Position numbers and translations under genes: made by a program. Shown here one piece after another: positions 13,269 to 27,527 of a DNA stretch of 64,000 nucleotides. The stretch is taken from the NCBI GenBank assembly GCA_012295275.1, contig CM022672.1, positions 14,880,001 to 14,944,000 on the forward strand. The letters are read 5' to 3'. The notes under the pieces were generated by a model. It was given only the letters and a program-made list of their open reading frames with translations, did not search any database and was not told where the DNA came from. How positions within the stretch are numbered: the first letter of the stretch is position 1; each line of letters begins with the position of its first letter. The stretch comes from Chrysomallon squamiferum (taxonomy: Eukaryota > Animalia > Mollusca).

Positions 13269-15396
13269 TCATATATGAATCAACTGCTGAAGAACGCTAA
13301 CTCCCAACATAGCGATACATGATCTCCAGTTAAAGTTTCTTAGAGGGATGTAGTTTCTACTGAGGCTGTCCATGCTGATAGCTCGTTGGACAACGGTGTT
13401 CATGAACGACTGTTCTCGGCGGTTTCCGTCACGAATCAGCAGCCTCTTCGGAATTGCAATGAGAACGGATTCGAGCGTTATGTCCGTTTGACATCCGCGA
13501 TCCTGAAAGTCAAAATAACAGTTTTATTATTATTATTGTTGCTGTTGTTGTTGTTGTTGTTGTTGTGTATTTAAAATCATTAAACAGATTTATGTAGTAG
13601 TGTAAGTGTCTAGAATTTTAGAGGTACCAGAAACGAATCTTTTTTTTTACTTTTACTTATTTTTCCGTTCCGCCCAGTTCCCCATAAGATATATAATAAA
13701 TAAATAAATAAATAAATATAATGATGTACGTGCTTTCATCGACTTAGGAGAGTACATATGAAATATGTCCTGAATAATGGAAGTAACCGTGACGTGTAAT
13801 ATAAAACGGTTCACTTTCATTTAAAACAAACACTGACGCCTAATTATTTTAAACAAACCAGAGGTTTGTTCAATGTTTGTTTATTAATTCAATTAGAAAT
13901 CCAGGGTCAAAACAGAGGTTAAAATTTGGTCGAAACAAAAAGAAATTTCTTCTTGCATTTTTATGTGTACAATTTCGAGCAAATCAAATTAACTGCCCCT
14001 GTTTAAACAAAACGTCCCCATACATTCATATCCAAGATGGGTAACCGTTCTGCCGATAGCCATGACTGACGAAGTAGTAGCAAGAGTTGGCGAATTCCAG
14101 TTTGTCTTTGTTAGTTCTAAGAGTAAAACATAGGTAGCTTAACATTTTGTAGTCAGTGTGTTCTGTTGGATTGGACACAATCACACAATGCTACGAGCTG
14201 AAAATAGCTTGAAAATAACAAGCAATGCTTCTGTTGTGCTTATTTTATATTTTCTGTTTTGTTCTTCGTATCTAAGATTTTTTTCATGTTCCAGTTAATA
14301 TATATAATTTCAAACAATATACAAATAATGTAGCGAATTTTACTTTTTTCCTCATCGCCTCTGAAAGACAGAAAAAAACCCAGTCTGCCCATGCCTTATC
14401 CACAAATAATCACACACTTCGCTAAATTCAATAAGTATCATACTTTTCAGAACAAAAAAAAACAACTTTTTTTTTAATACATATATATATATATATTTTC
14501 TTCTTTTTTTTTCTCTTTTTTTTGCAGCCATAAACAACATTTTATATTAAGAATACAATTAATAACTACACTGAGAATAATAACATTAACCAGATCCCTG
14601 CATGCGATTAATTAACAACGTATTCTGTTTGCACCTGCAATATTGATTTACAAGAATTACTCACATTTTAATGATACATTTCTGGTGTCAGTTCATCCGA
14701 ATTGGCCGGTACACAGATATTGATTACACAAAACATTATACTCATTTCTTTTCACGGACTATTGACAAGGCTTGAGTGAAGGTCAAGAAAATTCGTAAAA
14801 AATAAATAATAAAATAAAAACCGATAGCACGTTATATTTTAATGGAAACGAACAGCTAAAACTACAGACAAATTAGCAGAAAAAGTAAGTACAACAATAA
14901 TTAATGTATTTGTGAATGATGGAAAAGAAAATAACAAAAGTATACCATGTCGATTTCTCAATGTATTTTCTCTATACATTTGGTTACACCTACCTTGAAA
15001 AAAAAAAAAAAAAAAAAATGTAGCGCGCAGAACAAAATCGTTAACAAATCATTAGTAACATCTGGTCTTTTAACAATTACTATTAACCTCTGGTATGGTT
15101 CGATGAAACACCTGTTAGATGTTACTTTTACAAATCATTCAGCTTAATACGTCTTCCATTTCACATTCAAACAGAAAAATTGTTTTCAAATTTTAAAATA
15201 TTTAATAGCAAAGGAAATTATTACAAGAGATGCACGGAGAATTATATAGTTTATGGGTGTGTTTGTTTCTTTTTATTGTGAGGTTTTTTAAATTTAATAA
15301 ACCCTTAAGATGATGAAACCATTTCAAAAAGTCATTTAAGCAAAGACTTTTTTTAAATCGTAACTTGAAAACAAATCTCTGCCTTATACGTATATA

Positions 15397-15450
<54 letters not shown>

Positions 15451-15975
15451 TGTCTAGATTTTACGTTTAGCTTGAATATTTAATTACACTATCAGAATAT
15501 GCCAATACTGTAAAATAACTGATATTTGCTTCTTTCTATAATCAAATTTTTTTTTGTAAAAAAAATATAAAAAATGTTCACAATCTGAAATTAATGTCGA
15601 AATTTTCTGTAACCTCTGACCCACCTGCTTAGATCCGATGTGTTTCTTGTACGCTCCGACTGCTTCCGACACAGTCTTGTTTTTTGTTGTGAATCGAACC
15701 AGGTTGGTCAGTCTAATGGAGTAGTGACAGTCAGGTGTGGGGCACAGAAAATGTCCGATCTCGGCGTGTCTGGGATCGTACCTTCCCGCCAGTTTAGCTT
15801 CTCTTATTACCTCCTCTCTCAGTTTGGTCAGGCAGTCAGAACAAAACGTGTGACCGCAGGGAAGGATTCTGGGTTTTCGGAACAGCTCGCCACACAAGTA
15901 ACACGCCAGCGACGAATGCCACGCCACGACACTGTCCTCTGAACAGCAGCTTTCCTCCATCATCCCGGTCACCAT
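13269..15975 (-). CDS. Short RING-HC (C3HC4) finger protein, probable E3 ubiquitin ligase, about 194 aa, with hydrophobic C-terminal tail
   Basis: Exon 15975-15625 (ATG...KHIGSKQ|GTGGGT) encodes CYLC...RKPRILPCGHTFCSDC...CPTPDC; phase-0 splice to TTTCAG|GAT at 13502 gives an open exon DRGCQTD...WRSCIAMLGVSVLQQLIHI* ending at TGA 13271-13269. No B-box seen. Start ATG could be 15975 or a nearby downstream ATG. Confidence 0.75.
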
Positions 15976-16149
15976 ATTTCCGTCATTCACCAATTTTTGA
16001 CAAATGAATGATCCCCGATTTTCACCGATATTAATTTGTCGATATCGTGATGATCCTACTAGACTTTTTTCTTGTTCTGTTTTTTTTTTTTTTTTTAATT
16101 AAAATTATTTGACTGTATATCTGTTTTAATCACGTTTAATCTCACCTCA

Positions 16150-16660
16150 GATAGTGTGGGTGGGATATACTCCGCAGTTTTTTATTTTTTACAGAAGCTG
16201 GTGACGGATGTTCGATAATGCATTCTGTCAAAGATCCACACGAATTACCATCAGTACTACATCACAGCGCAAATTGTCGTGTTCACATTAAAAAAAACAT
16301 CTCCAAGGTCGTCACCAGTAACTGACGATAATTTTAACCCCTGTTTGAACATTTATGCCAATTTAGTATCAAGGGTTTTGCTTTCATACTGTGACCAAAT
16401 TCAACCCGACAATGGGTTTTAATCCGTTGTGCAGGTGCAACGTCCTTGTCCGATTGTTTGGCCGTGTCTTTTTATGAGCGTGTCGGCTCGGGATGCAGCG
16501 TGTTTGGGACTGGCTCGATGCTGAAAGAATTCTTGCGATCGATACATCAGCGCGGTGGCGCTTTTGTTACCGACTCGGCGTTTCTATGGGTTTATAGTTA
16601 GTAGAACCAATATGGCAGATGCTTAAACAGGAAATTACGTCCCGAAACTGATCACAAATT
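16150..16660. promoter_or_regulatory. Putative bidirectional CpG-rich promoter between RING gene (-) and zinc-finger gene (+)
   Basis: Local CpG/GC enrichment between divergent genes; YY1-like CAATATGGC near 16608-16616 and ETS-like CAGGAAAT near 16628-16635. Confidence 0.45.
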
Positions 16661-16862
16661 TTTACTGCTGTTGTTTTAAGTTCCATCTTTGTTTCTTCTT
16701 ATCCTTTTTTTTTTTTTTTTTTTTTTTTACATTTTTTTTTAAATTTTATTATTATTTTTTACTTATATTTTAAAATTTATTGCGTTATTATTATTCCAAG
16801 ACGGTCAGAGTTTACTGTCTTTTCCAACTCTATATATTTATTTTCATTTTCTCGTTATTTTA

Positions 16863-16899
<37 letters not shown>

Positions 16900-19156
16900 T
16901 TATTCGTTTATTTTTATTATGATCCATTTTTAGGCTTAGGTTTGGGGTTTGCTAGTGGTAACGCCCATAAACATAGTGCTGGTTGAAAAGATCCCCTTAC
17001 CTGACCATTTTTGTTTTCTCACCACCGTTTTAAGAAACACAGTAACAATACTCAAATCTGTTAAATATCATTTTGTATTCTTTGTGCTAAATGTTTGTTT
17101 TTTTTTTTTTTATATACAATTCTAGATAATTCATTAAAAATTAATTTCTACCACTACATAATTACTGATAAAGATTTTATATATAAAGTTCAGTAAATAA
17201 ACGGCTTCCCAAAACTGTCAGAGAAAAGATGGATGTTTACAGCTTCCTAACGATGAATGAAGTGTAAATTTCACAGCTGTCCGAAGAGTTACGAAATCAA
17301 AATTGTTACGTAACAGACCGGACAATTACGAACCAATGATAATTGTTACGACATACATTGAAAGAAAATCGTTTCCAGTTGGTTAATATTACATAAAAGG
17401 TTATGTTGTAAAGTTAATGTATAGCAACTATATCACTGCAGTCTCAGTCTTGAAAAAAAAAAAAAAAAAAATCTATCGATAATCAGAATAAATTCACATG
17501 TGAAGTCCTAACGTTTTCAGTTATACTACTAATTAATTTCTGTGAAGAACAATCTGATAATAAATTTAATGATAAGACCTTGATTATTTTTCTTAATTAC
17601 GAGACCGTCATTATTTCCTTAATGATAAGACAATATTTAATGCTCATTTGTTAAATGTAACTTATAATTTGTAACTTAAGAGGTGTCTGTAACATTAACA
17701 CAACTAATCAGCCACTGTTTAAGACTGTTTGTACAGTCAGGACTAACGGGGTAATACTAATAGGGATGGACAAGACAACTATTTGTGGAATCACTCCCCC
17801 CCACTTAGAATATACATAATAGTTGCAGCTGTATATAATACTGTTTCTTGACCTCCGATAAAACTTTTATTTTTTGTCCATTTGTAGGTTTCCCTGTAAT
17901 GGCCCCGTATTAAAACTTGTTTTACGGATTGACCGCCTTTATCTGAAATAAATTTTGCACACCACTGAGAGCATAGGGCTATGATTAATTGATTGATTAG
18001 AGGTCAATAACATGTCCTTTCCTAGTACTACTACTACTGATGATGATGATGTTGATGAAGATTAGTCCGTACAAAATGTAATCTGTTTCAGTTTGAAAAC
18101 TGTTCCTCCAGGGGAACTAACTCGTAAGAACGAGAGTAAATGCCCTTGAAGCCCTCTCACGTATACTATCATAAAAAATGGTTGAATTCCAAATTATCAT
18201 GGCTTCCAAATGGTGATTTGAACATCTTTTATCGCTTTTTAGAGCAAATTGTAACTACAGAATCATGACGGTTTTAATTATTGTGCTGAGTTTTGAAATT
18301 CATAAATGTCAGAGGTTTGTTTATATTACTAATTCAATTGATTTTTAAAATAAAGCTGGAAACATTGTAAATTAATATCTTATTTTATATTTTTATTCTT
18401 TCTTTTTTTTTTTCTTTTTTCTTAATAATAAAAGGGAAACTGAAAAAGTCAGTCATATCATAAAACATGAACATAAAACTGACTTCTATTTACAAAAAGG
18501 ATTATTATTATTTTTTAAATAAACAAAACAACTTGTATAATAATAAATAATCAAAATCGTATAACAGTAAATGAGTAAATGAATACTTAGTTTAATAGTC
18601 ATATTAGTATCTTTTTCATAGTTTTTATGAAAAATGTTTTAGCATTTCTTTATTTTAGGCATCGGATGCTGCTTTTAATAAGATTTTCATTGGATAATCT
18701 AATACTAAAGTTAATGTTATTTTGTTAAAACTATATTTCAAACATTTATTTGAGAACATTTACTCAATCTGATTTATTTTCAGAAATAAAATAAATTGAT
18801 ACATTTACATGTGTAATCTGACATGTTATTGAATCTTCCAATCAGTTTTGTAACAGTAGTTCCACAAAAAAAGTAAAAAGATTGCTGCAGTTGTCAGATT
18901 AAAAGCTTTCAACATGTTATATTCAGCTTCAAATTAAGTAAGATATCTACAATAATAATAATAATTATTATAATTTTTTATATCTTGGTATTTACTATCT
19001 GTCTTAATATTTATTTTAATTTTTCTCATTAATTATTATTTTTCTCATATTTAAGTTTCTCCTGTGTAGTCTGACCATTTTCAGTTATTGTATTTAATAA
19101 ATTAATTTATCTAATAAATTATAAAGTAATTAATTGTGTTTCTTAAGGTATGAATA

Positions 19157-21807
19157 ATGGCTGAAGATCCTTCTACACCAAGCAGTGATATTGATTCTAG
19201 ATCTGGGCAAAGCACAGTGGCCCGTCTCCTCTTGCAAGGAACCGTGCCACAGCAGAACCAGACGGACAGTAACAACTGTGACAGGAAAGCTGAGGACGAC
19301 AATTCAACATCTGCTCTGAAAGTCATTGTTTCTGAAGCACAGGTCCAGGATGACCAGTCTTTTGAAGTGGAGAGTATAGAAGACACAAGCCCAAACGTTC
19401 AGGATGGTGACAGTGGCAGCTACAGTCAAAGTGAGTTGTCGCCTGATGGCTATGCAGTAACTGCGTCAAATTTGAGTTCTTCTGGGAGGCTATACAGCTG
19501 TCGATTTTGTGACTTCTCCACAATGACATACACACACCTGCAGCTTCATATGCCACGGCATGGAGGTTTGTAGAGATTATGCAACCCTTGAGAGAGGCTG
19601 ACTGATCACACTCCCCCATTGTTCATTATATTAGACATATTCTCTGAGTAATTCATCTGTTTTCAGGGATAAATTATGTCTTTCTCTTGGTAGTCGACAT
19701 GTTAAAATGAGTTCAGATACCAAATTTCAGAAAAATATGCCAGGATGAGATGACCAAGTCCCTGCATCTAAATAATACAGTAAATATTTAATATTATGTT
19801 AAGGAATGAATGTTAAAGTGTTTCTGTCCCTTTTTATATTCCAGTGTCAGTTTGGTTTTATAACGTTAGATTGTTAGGTGTTTATGAACATGTCGGAAGC
19901 ACTGGAGATATTTATACTTCTGTATCTTAGCCCAGTTGTAAGTCTAGACTTTTTAGGTTTTTGGATCAAGGGATATGATGTTTCATTTTTAACTAGTAAA
20001 AAAATAGAGCTTAGGACATGATACTTAGTTTTCTTGGATTCTAATCCAGTGGTTGCTGAAACTACTCAGAACTAAATGTTCTAAGAAAACTTGTATTTTT
20101 ATATCTTAGAATAGTGGAGGTGTATTGTATGCAGTGTAGGAGTTTTGAGATAGAGAGTAGTGTTTGTAAAAGGAGTTTTTAAACTGCTTTCACATCTAAA
20201 TGATTACTTTCAGATATTTTTGCAGAAAAAGACCAAAAATTAATGCTTTTCTTCACTTCATTTGCTGTGTTGATTTATTATAAAAATAATCTTTCTGCTT
20301 TATTAATATTTTCAAATTTCCTTATAAAGAAAATAAAAAACAAAAGTTTGTTTTGAAACTATTTTTATTTTACTCTGATTAAATGCAGCTAGATTATATT
20401 AACCCCAAATACTATATTCTTTAAGTAATTTGTTAAATTATGCTTTACCATTTCTTAACATATTTTTTCTTTACAGGCCTGAAGGCCTTAAAATGTCCAC
20501 TCTGCGACTACTCAACGAATGACAAAAGCAATTTTAGACGACACAAACGATTACACCAGAGGAACAACCCAGCAACTCTTCTGCGTTGTGGAAAGTGTGA
20601 GTTCTCCACTGTTCTTCCACGAAAGATACGCGAACACTACAGCCACGACCACGGCGAAGAGTACTCATCTCCTATGCAACCATTGCCACCTTCGTGTCCA
20701 CCAGTGGTCCGTATCCAAGGATACAGAACAGACCATTTCAATGGAAGGAGTCACGGCCATTGCTCGTCAGGCATGGTTCCCGTGAGTTCAGGGTCAATTC
20801 ATCCCCTGATTGCTTCAGTTCAGCCTGGGCTTCATTTCACTGGAGCAAATCCTCCAATGATGACAAACTGCCTGGCTCAGTTTCAGCCGTACGAAACCCC
20901 ACTGCATCCAAGCTCACAAGAAACGCACATGGCATCGGACTACCTTAGATCAATTGTGTCAAACATCATCACGTCACATCAAGCTCCTCGTCTGCCTGCG
21001 TCCAGCACAATAACGTCATCAAGCTTTTACCTGCCACCTCCTCCCATGGAGGCAGTGCACAACATGTCGGCTGCAGTCGCTCGTTCAGTTCCCGACCAGC
21101 GCATGCATGTCGATGACTCTGACGATGATGTTGTAGTGAAATCGGAACCTGTTGAGTGTAACGGTACATCTGATGTGTCCAGCTCGGCCAGCATGTCAAA
21201 TCTTAGTCACTGTGATGGAACAAGAAAAACTGAAGCTGAAACCACTCACAGACAGTCGTGTCACAACGGCACTGACAACGGCAGCAGCAACAACAACAGC
21301 ACCTTCACTGACAGAAATAACGAAGCATCCTCATCATCAGCTGATTTAGCCAGTTTTGTGCATTCTTCAGAGGCAGCTACCGCGTCGAACAGCCACCGCA
21401 GAGCAAGTGATGCGCAGGTGACGATAAAACACGAAATTTCAAACGTCGGGATACAGTGCGTGTTGCCTTCGGTGAAACCGGAACCCGCAGACTCGGCTGA
21501 TAACACTGCTCAACGAAGAACGCGACACCGATGTATCGACAGAGGCATACAGTGCGAGCTCATTTCGTCCGGACGGAGTTTCAACTTCAGAACAGTGTCC
21601 GAGACAAATAGCGATGGTCAGCAGAATTTCAGCACTGTCCAGACAAAGTGTCCTCACTGCGGGGTGACTTTCGATGACGAGGTTTTGTTTTCTATTCACA
21701 TTGGCTGTCACAGCCATACTGATCCCTTTGTGTGCAATGTTTGTGGCAAGCCGTGCTACAATAAATACGGATTTTACTCTCATATTATGAGAGGACATCA
21801 GCTTTAA
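19157..21807 (+). CDS. Ikaros/Hunchback-family C2H2 zinc-finger protein (Pegasus-like 3+2 finger layout), 579 aa
   Basis: Exons 19157-19565 and 20477-21807 joined at phase 1 (HGG|LKALKCPLC). Three N-terminal C2H2 fingers and the C-terminal pair CPHCGVTFDDEVLFSIHIGCHSHTDPFVCNVCGKPCYNKYGFYSHIMRGH, which matches the Ikaros-family dimerisation fingers (IHMGCH..DPF.CN.CG...Y.F..H..RG). Acceptor ending 19147 implies an upstream non-coding exon. SUMO-type motifs VKSE, IKHE, VKPE. Confidence 0.88.
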
Positions 21808-22963
21808 TGAGTTTAATGCTTACATTTGTTACGTTGTTAGTTTTTAAATTAGAAAAGTTCAAAAGACGTGTTCTTTAATTTTTTAACGATACATTTTTAA
21901 CAGGTGTTTTTTTTTTTGTTTTTTTTCAAAATATGAGATGCTACTTTTATTGGCATCTGTCTCTTCTGTTTATCATTTTATTTGTTTCTTTTTTTTCTTT
22001 TCTTTTTTTAAATTCAGGATATTGTTTGGGAAAATAATTCCCGTTTTATATTCTTTGAATTCTGGTGCTTTTTAGTTAAGTCATATTTCCAGTATTTTTT
22101 GGTTTTACTTATTGTAAAGTAAGTTAATTTTCAAAGCAGTTTTTAATATATATTTGTTTTCATCTTTTTCACACACATTACATCCAGATATTCATTTAAT
22201 TTTATGTTGGCTTGGTAAATGTGTTATTTTGATACTGATTTTTAAAAAATATTTTATAAAGCTTAATTGCTCTAAGCTAAGTTCGAATATTACAGAAATT
22301 GTTAATAATAATAATAACAATAAATACAAAACTAATCGTTATTGCAATTAAAAAAAATTTCTAAACTGATACACTAATCAAATTTTTTTTTTTTTTTTTT
22401 TAATATTCTGCCATGGATTCCAGGCAAATTTTATTTTATATCTTATAGATATTTTATCAGTGTTATGAGTAACATTTTTGCAGATATGATTACTTTTCAG
22501 TTGACTTTATGTCAATTTTTGCTTTTTTTTTTTAAAGTTTTATACTATATTTTGTTTTCAGTTTGGGTATATAGGTAATGAGTACGAATCTGTGATGTTT
22601 CATGGGATTCAGAGCATTCTATTTATGTTTCACAATTTTGTATTTCGTTTGATTTAAATTTTGTTATTGTTATTTATAACAGCCAACCATAAAGTCATCA
22701 GAATAACTACCATCCACTGGGGTATTTATAAGACATGTATTTCAGTTTTGTTTTTGTTTTTAAATTGAGAAACAAAATGTAAAAAGAAAAGTGTAAAATA
22801 GACATAGTTTTACAATATTGCTCTAGAAAAGATTTATTACTTTGAATCATGCCAAAAATGTATTGAAGATGAATTTCAACTTTGGTTTCTTCCTTCAGAA
22901 AATACAGTAATAACTGTGACACATAACAAATCTGCAGTTTTTACTTGTTGTGGAATTTTTAAA

Positions 22964-22996
<33 letters not shown>

Positions 22997-23864
22997 TGAA
23001 ATATGTTGATAGTCAATTTTCCTTGATCCTTTATTTATTTAAAAAATATTTTTAAAAATATAACCATTGCCATTTTCAGGGGTTATTGTAAAAATTTCAC
23101 CAGTTACTATTTTTTTTTTCAACTTACAGATTGAAAATTTAATTTATTTTTAGGATTTCAATTTTTTTATTTTATTGTCTTGTGCTTTGTTTTTCCGTCC
23201 ATGTGTAAAGTTTTACCAGCTATCTGCAAATTATATTAATATTTAAATTTTCAGTCATTTTACAGCATGTAGGTATTTATATCACATTAAATCTATTTAC
23301 ATTCATAGTTCTATTTCTGTCATTATGGTGACACCTTATAAACATGACTTGGCATTAATTATTTGTCACATATATGTATACACAGATATATGATTATTTA
23401 TCAGATATATGTATATGTGTATATATGTTATTGCTTAACTGTAAACAAGAAAAGTTACTTTATACCATGTCCCAGAAATTTGTTATTTATAGAATTCTGC
23501 TATGCCAAAAATATCTGCTTTCAAGATATGAGAATGGTAATTTTTATTTCTTATTTTTCAAAAAAGTGTTAGTTTAGGCTTTGTTAACATTCACAGCTTT
23601 CTTTTTTTTTCTCATCTAAAACAGTAAAAATATACATATTTTTATAATTTATCTTAATTCATTAAAAAAATAATAATATTAATAAAAACACAAAACTCCC
23701 CCTCTAAACAATGACTTGTACTGCTGCAGCATTATTTTAAACTTTGCAAGTATCATGACATTAATATGATCTCAATTTTAATATGTTTTGTTTTTTGGTT
23801 GTATTTAATTTAATGTCATGGTGGCTTTTCTTGATGGTAATTTGTATTTATTTATTTATTTATG

Positions 23865-23948
<84 letters not shown>

Positions 23949-24476
23949 TTTTTTTTTTTTTTTTTTTTTTTGTTACACATTTTTTCCCTCATATTTTGGT
24001 GAAGATCATGTGTTTAATACAATGTGATTTCAGGCACAGAATACTTAACATTATCATTGTTGATTTATTTCCTCTGTTACTATAGTGACATGTAAATAGT
24101 ATTTATATTCTCTGATGTGGCCATTTTTAAATTATAAAAGTCTGCCTCTTTTAAGACTATAAACTACAAGATTAATGAAAATCATATAACATAATAATAC
24201 GTTACCTTAAAGGAAGTCATTTGTAAAAACACCTCTCTTACTTTAGTAATTAAAATTTAAAAATAAAAATTTTGACGTTTGTGTGGATTTTAAATTGATA
24301 TGGCTGTTGTCTCATAAAATGGAAAATGCAACTGTTTCAGGTGCAGTTTATTTTTGTTCTTGGCATTATGTCTACATGTTTTTAACTCTTGAAATTATCT
24401 TTGCATTAGATTTACACATTTTTAACTCTTGAAACCATTTGAATCAAATTGTACTTGACATTTATTGAAAAAAGAG

Positions 24477-24477
<1 letters not shown>

Positions 24478-24530
<53 letters not shown>

Positions 24531-24545
24531 TGTGAGAGATAGAGA
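24478..24545. repeat. (TG)n microsatellite
   Basis: Direct inspection; further (CA)n/(TG)n/(GA)n runs at 10131-10160, 12359-12404, 15402-15445, 28703-28741, 34948-34985, 44946-44980, 52740-52778, 63737-63768. Confidence 0.9.
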
Positions 24546-27488
24546 GCAAATATTAATACATTGTTCAGAAATAGTGATTTTATTTAGAATGGATAAATGA
24601 CCAGTAATGTGAATTATTAAGTTACTTTTATTTTGAGGTCTTACAGTGGTAATAATTTGGTTGTGTTCATTTAAACAGTCTTAGATTGAAGAGAAAACTG
24701 AAAGGATGGATTTTATTTTGCTATTGTGGCATTTGAAATATTGTATGGTAGAGATGTAAAAACAATAATTTAACATGGAATATTTCATCCATCTTTTCAT
24801 AATGTGTGTTAATCATTTCAGTGTTTCTTGCATGTAGTTTTATTTAATTTTATATTTAATATACATTACATATTTTACAGATTTACTTTATGGCTGTAGT
24901 TAAATTTAAACATTTTTAATACCACTGTTACGGATCCTGAGAATATAGTATATTTTGCTTAATGTTTGGTTGCAAATATTGCAATGCAGAGAATATTAAA
25001 TATTTCTCTTATTTTTATTATCACAGTGCTAAAATTATAGTTTGTTATGGAAGATTTTTATTTTTTACTTAACATGTAGATAAGAAGAGGGTTCTTCTTA
25101 ATTCATTTCAGACAAAAATTTAAAAATACTTGATACATGGTGTCAGTATTAAATACTTCTATTATGTCATGTAAATTATGGTCAGTGATAGAATAGTGAA
25201 TATATTTTATGTAAAAAAAAAAAAAAAAAAAAAAAAACCCTACAGCTGAAACAAAATATTAAATATTCTTGTCTTTGTCATCTTTTATTTTTTATTTAGA
25301 ATAGTTTATTTAAAATATTTTATTTACTGCATGACTTACCGATAATACTAATTTTCATCATTTAAAGGTTAATTTGTAAATAAAAAATAGTTTTGTATGG
25401 CTGTATTTGTAGTATTTTATTTTTGCCTAGTTATGATTATTGTACTGTTCCACTGTTTTGTTGCTAGGAATGTGTTGGTGTAAAATTAAAATTAGTGATG
25501 AAATATTTATATTACTTTTCCATTTGAATGTTAAACTTTTAATTTTAAGCATTTTGTTTCTTCAAATATAGCACAATGTAAAAACTGTAGTTAGGGAAAT
25601 ATATCTAATATATTTTATTTTCTACACATGTGGCTGCAGACAATAAAAATGTTCACCATTTCATTGCAAGATTGTGAAAATTCAGTGACAGTAATTATAA
25701 TAGGCCAGAGCCATTGTTGGTTTGCATATATTTTTCTATTCTGACTTGTGCTCAAAAATGTATTTCTATTATTATTATGACTATTGTTATTATTATTATT
25801 ATTATTATTACTTTTTAAAGAGAGTCACTTTGTATATGTTCACCTGGAAAATTCAATTTCTTAAAAAATAAAAAAATTATAGTACATTAAACAACCTATA
25901 CCTGAATACCTATTATTTTTTCAACAGCATATTCAAATGAAATTCATTTGATTGTGTTATAAGAAGGTGTTATTTGACAAAGATGTAATAAGTATTAATT
26001 TATTTATAATTTACCTGTGGTAGTATGAACACTTAACCTAAATACAAAATTAACATTTTGAACATTTGAAATGGTTTTTTTTTTTTTTTTTTCTCTAAAA
26101 TCAGTAAAAATAATAAAGTATATCAACAACATAACAAATCTGCAAATGTTTTTTTTTTTTAAGTTGAGTTGTGATTTTCAATTACTTTTTTGTTATGAAC
26201 CATTTTCAATTGTAAGATGATTTTAAGTTCTGATTATTTCATTTATTTTTCATAATGTAACACTTAACTTCTTTAAATTCTTTCTCTCTCCTACACATAC
26301 AACAAACTCTTAAACATAATTTATTTATATCTAAAGCAAATGTTTATTTGTCTTTTCCTAAAATATGGTCATTATTATTTACATTATTTGTTTTAGGGAT
26401 AAAAAGTTTGCACAAATACATAATATTAGACAAAATGCATGAAACTGAAATTATTGAACAAAAAAATTAATGTATAAAAACAACTGCCATTGGGCAAAGT
26501 GCAAAGGCTAAGAAATTATCTTTTTTTTTTCATGTCACCTGAATTGTTACTGAATATTGAAAAAGAAATATATCTATACATATGTGAGGATATTTCTTTT
26601 TTTTCAGGGTTTAGTAACAGCATATATATATATATATATTTAAAAATTATGTATATTGTTTTCTGTATAAATTTTGTTAGACTGTTAACAAAACCGTAAC
26701 TTATATCAGTGGAAAAAAAAACCCCAAAGAATACTTACTTTAAATGCTGAGCCAATTATTACAACATGTAGACATAATCTTACTTTAAACCTTGGATTTG
26801 TAAAATGACATTTCATATCATCTTTTGAAATGAATGAACTGACTTGCTATTAGTGTTACTGAATTATTATTATTATTTGAAGTTAAAATTTAATATATTA
26901 TTAATTTTTTTTGTTTACATTTTTTTTTTATTTCTTTTTACAAAATGTTAATACTTTATTAGATGATAAAATAATTTCTGTCATAGATTGGATAATTAGA
27001 TTTAAATGCAAAAGAAGCCTGAAAGAAATAATGCAGAAAGTTAAATATTTCACAGCGGTTTTTGATTTACAGTCTATACACCACATACTTGAGAGATTAA
27101 AACAATGTTGAAAATCTTGACATAATTTGGAAATTTTTATCCCCAGTCACTGAAATATTGTCAGATATCTTTACTAGTACATGAAAATAATTAAACAAAA
27201 AAATAAAATAAATAATTAAAATTAAAAAGATACTTGTTAACACAAGTATTTAAATTTTTCTTTTAAATTATTTTAGTTTATGTTTCACACATGTGCCTGT
27301 TAACTGTTGTACCAATAGTATATTTATAGGACACTGCTTCATATATTTTTTATTTCACATTAAAGAAGTTACAAAGATGTACTCATTCTGTGCTTTTGTC
27401 ACCTGAAAACTGACATTGAAAATGACAGCCTCTTAAATTATTTTCACAGAAATTCATTTTGATCATTTGAATGAAGTCATTGCATTAA

Positions 27489-27527
<39 letters not shown>

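Noticed and set aside
14030-14790. Possible extra exons of the RING gene (about 14116-14046 and 14770-14666, minus strand)
   Set aside because: Splice-like signals exist, but the required phase-0 reading hits stops almost immediately (AAC TAA; CCT TGT CAA TAG); direct splice to 13502 is clean.
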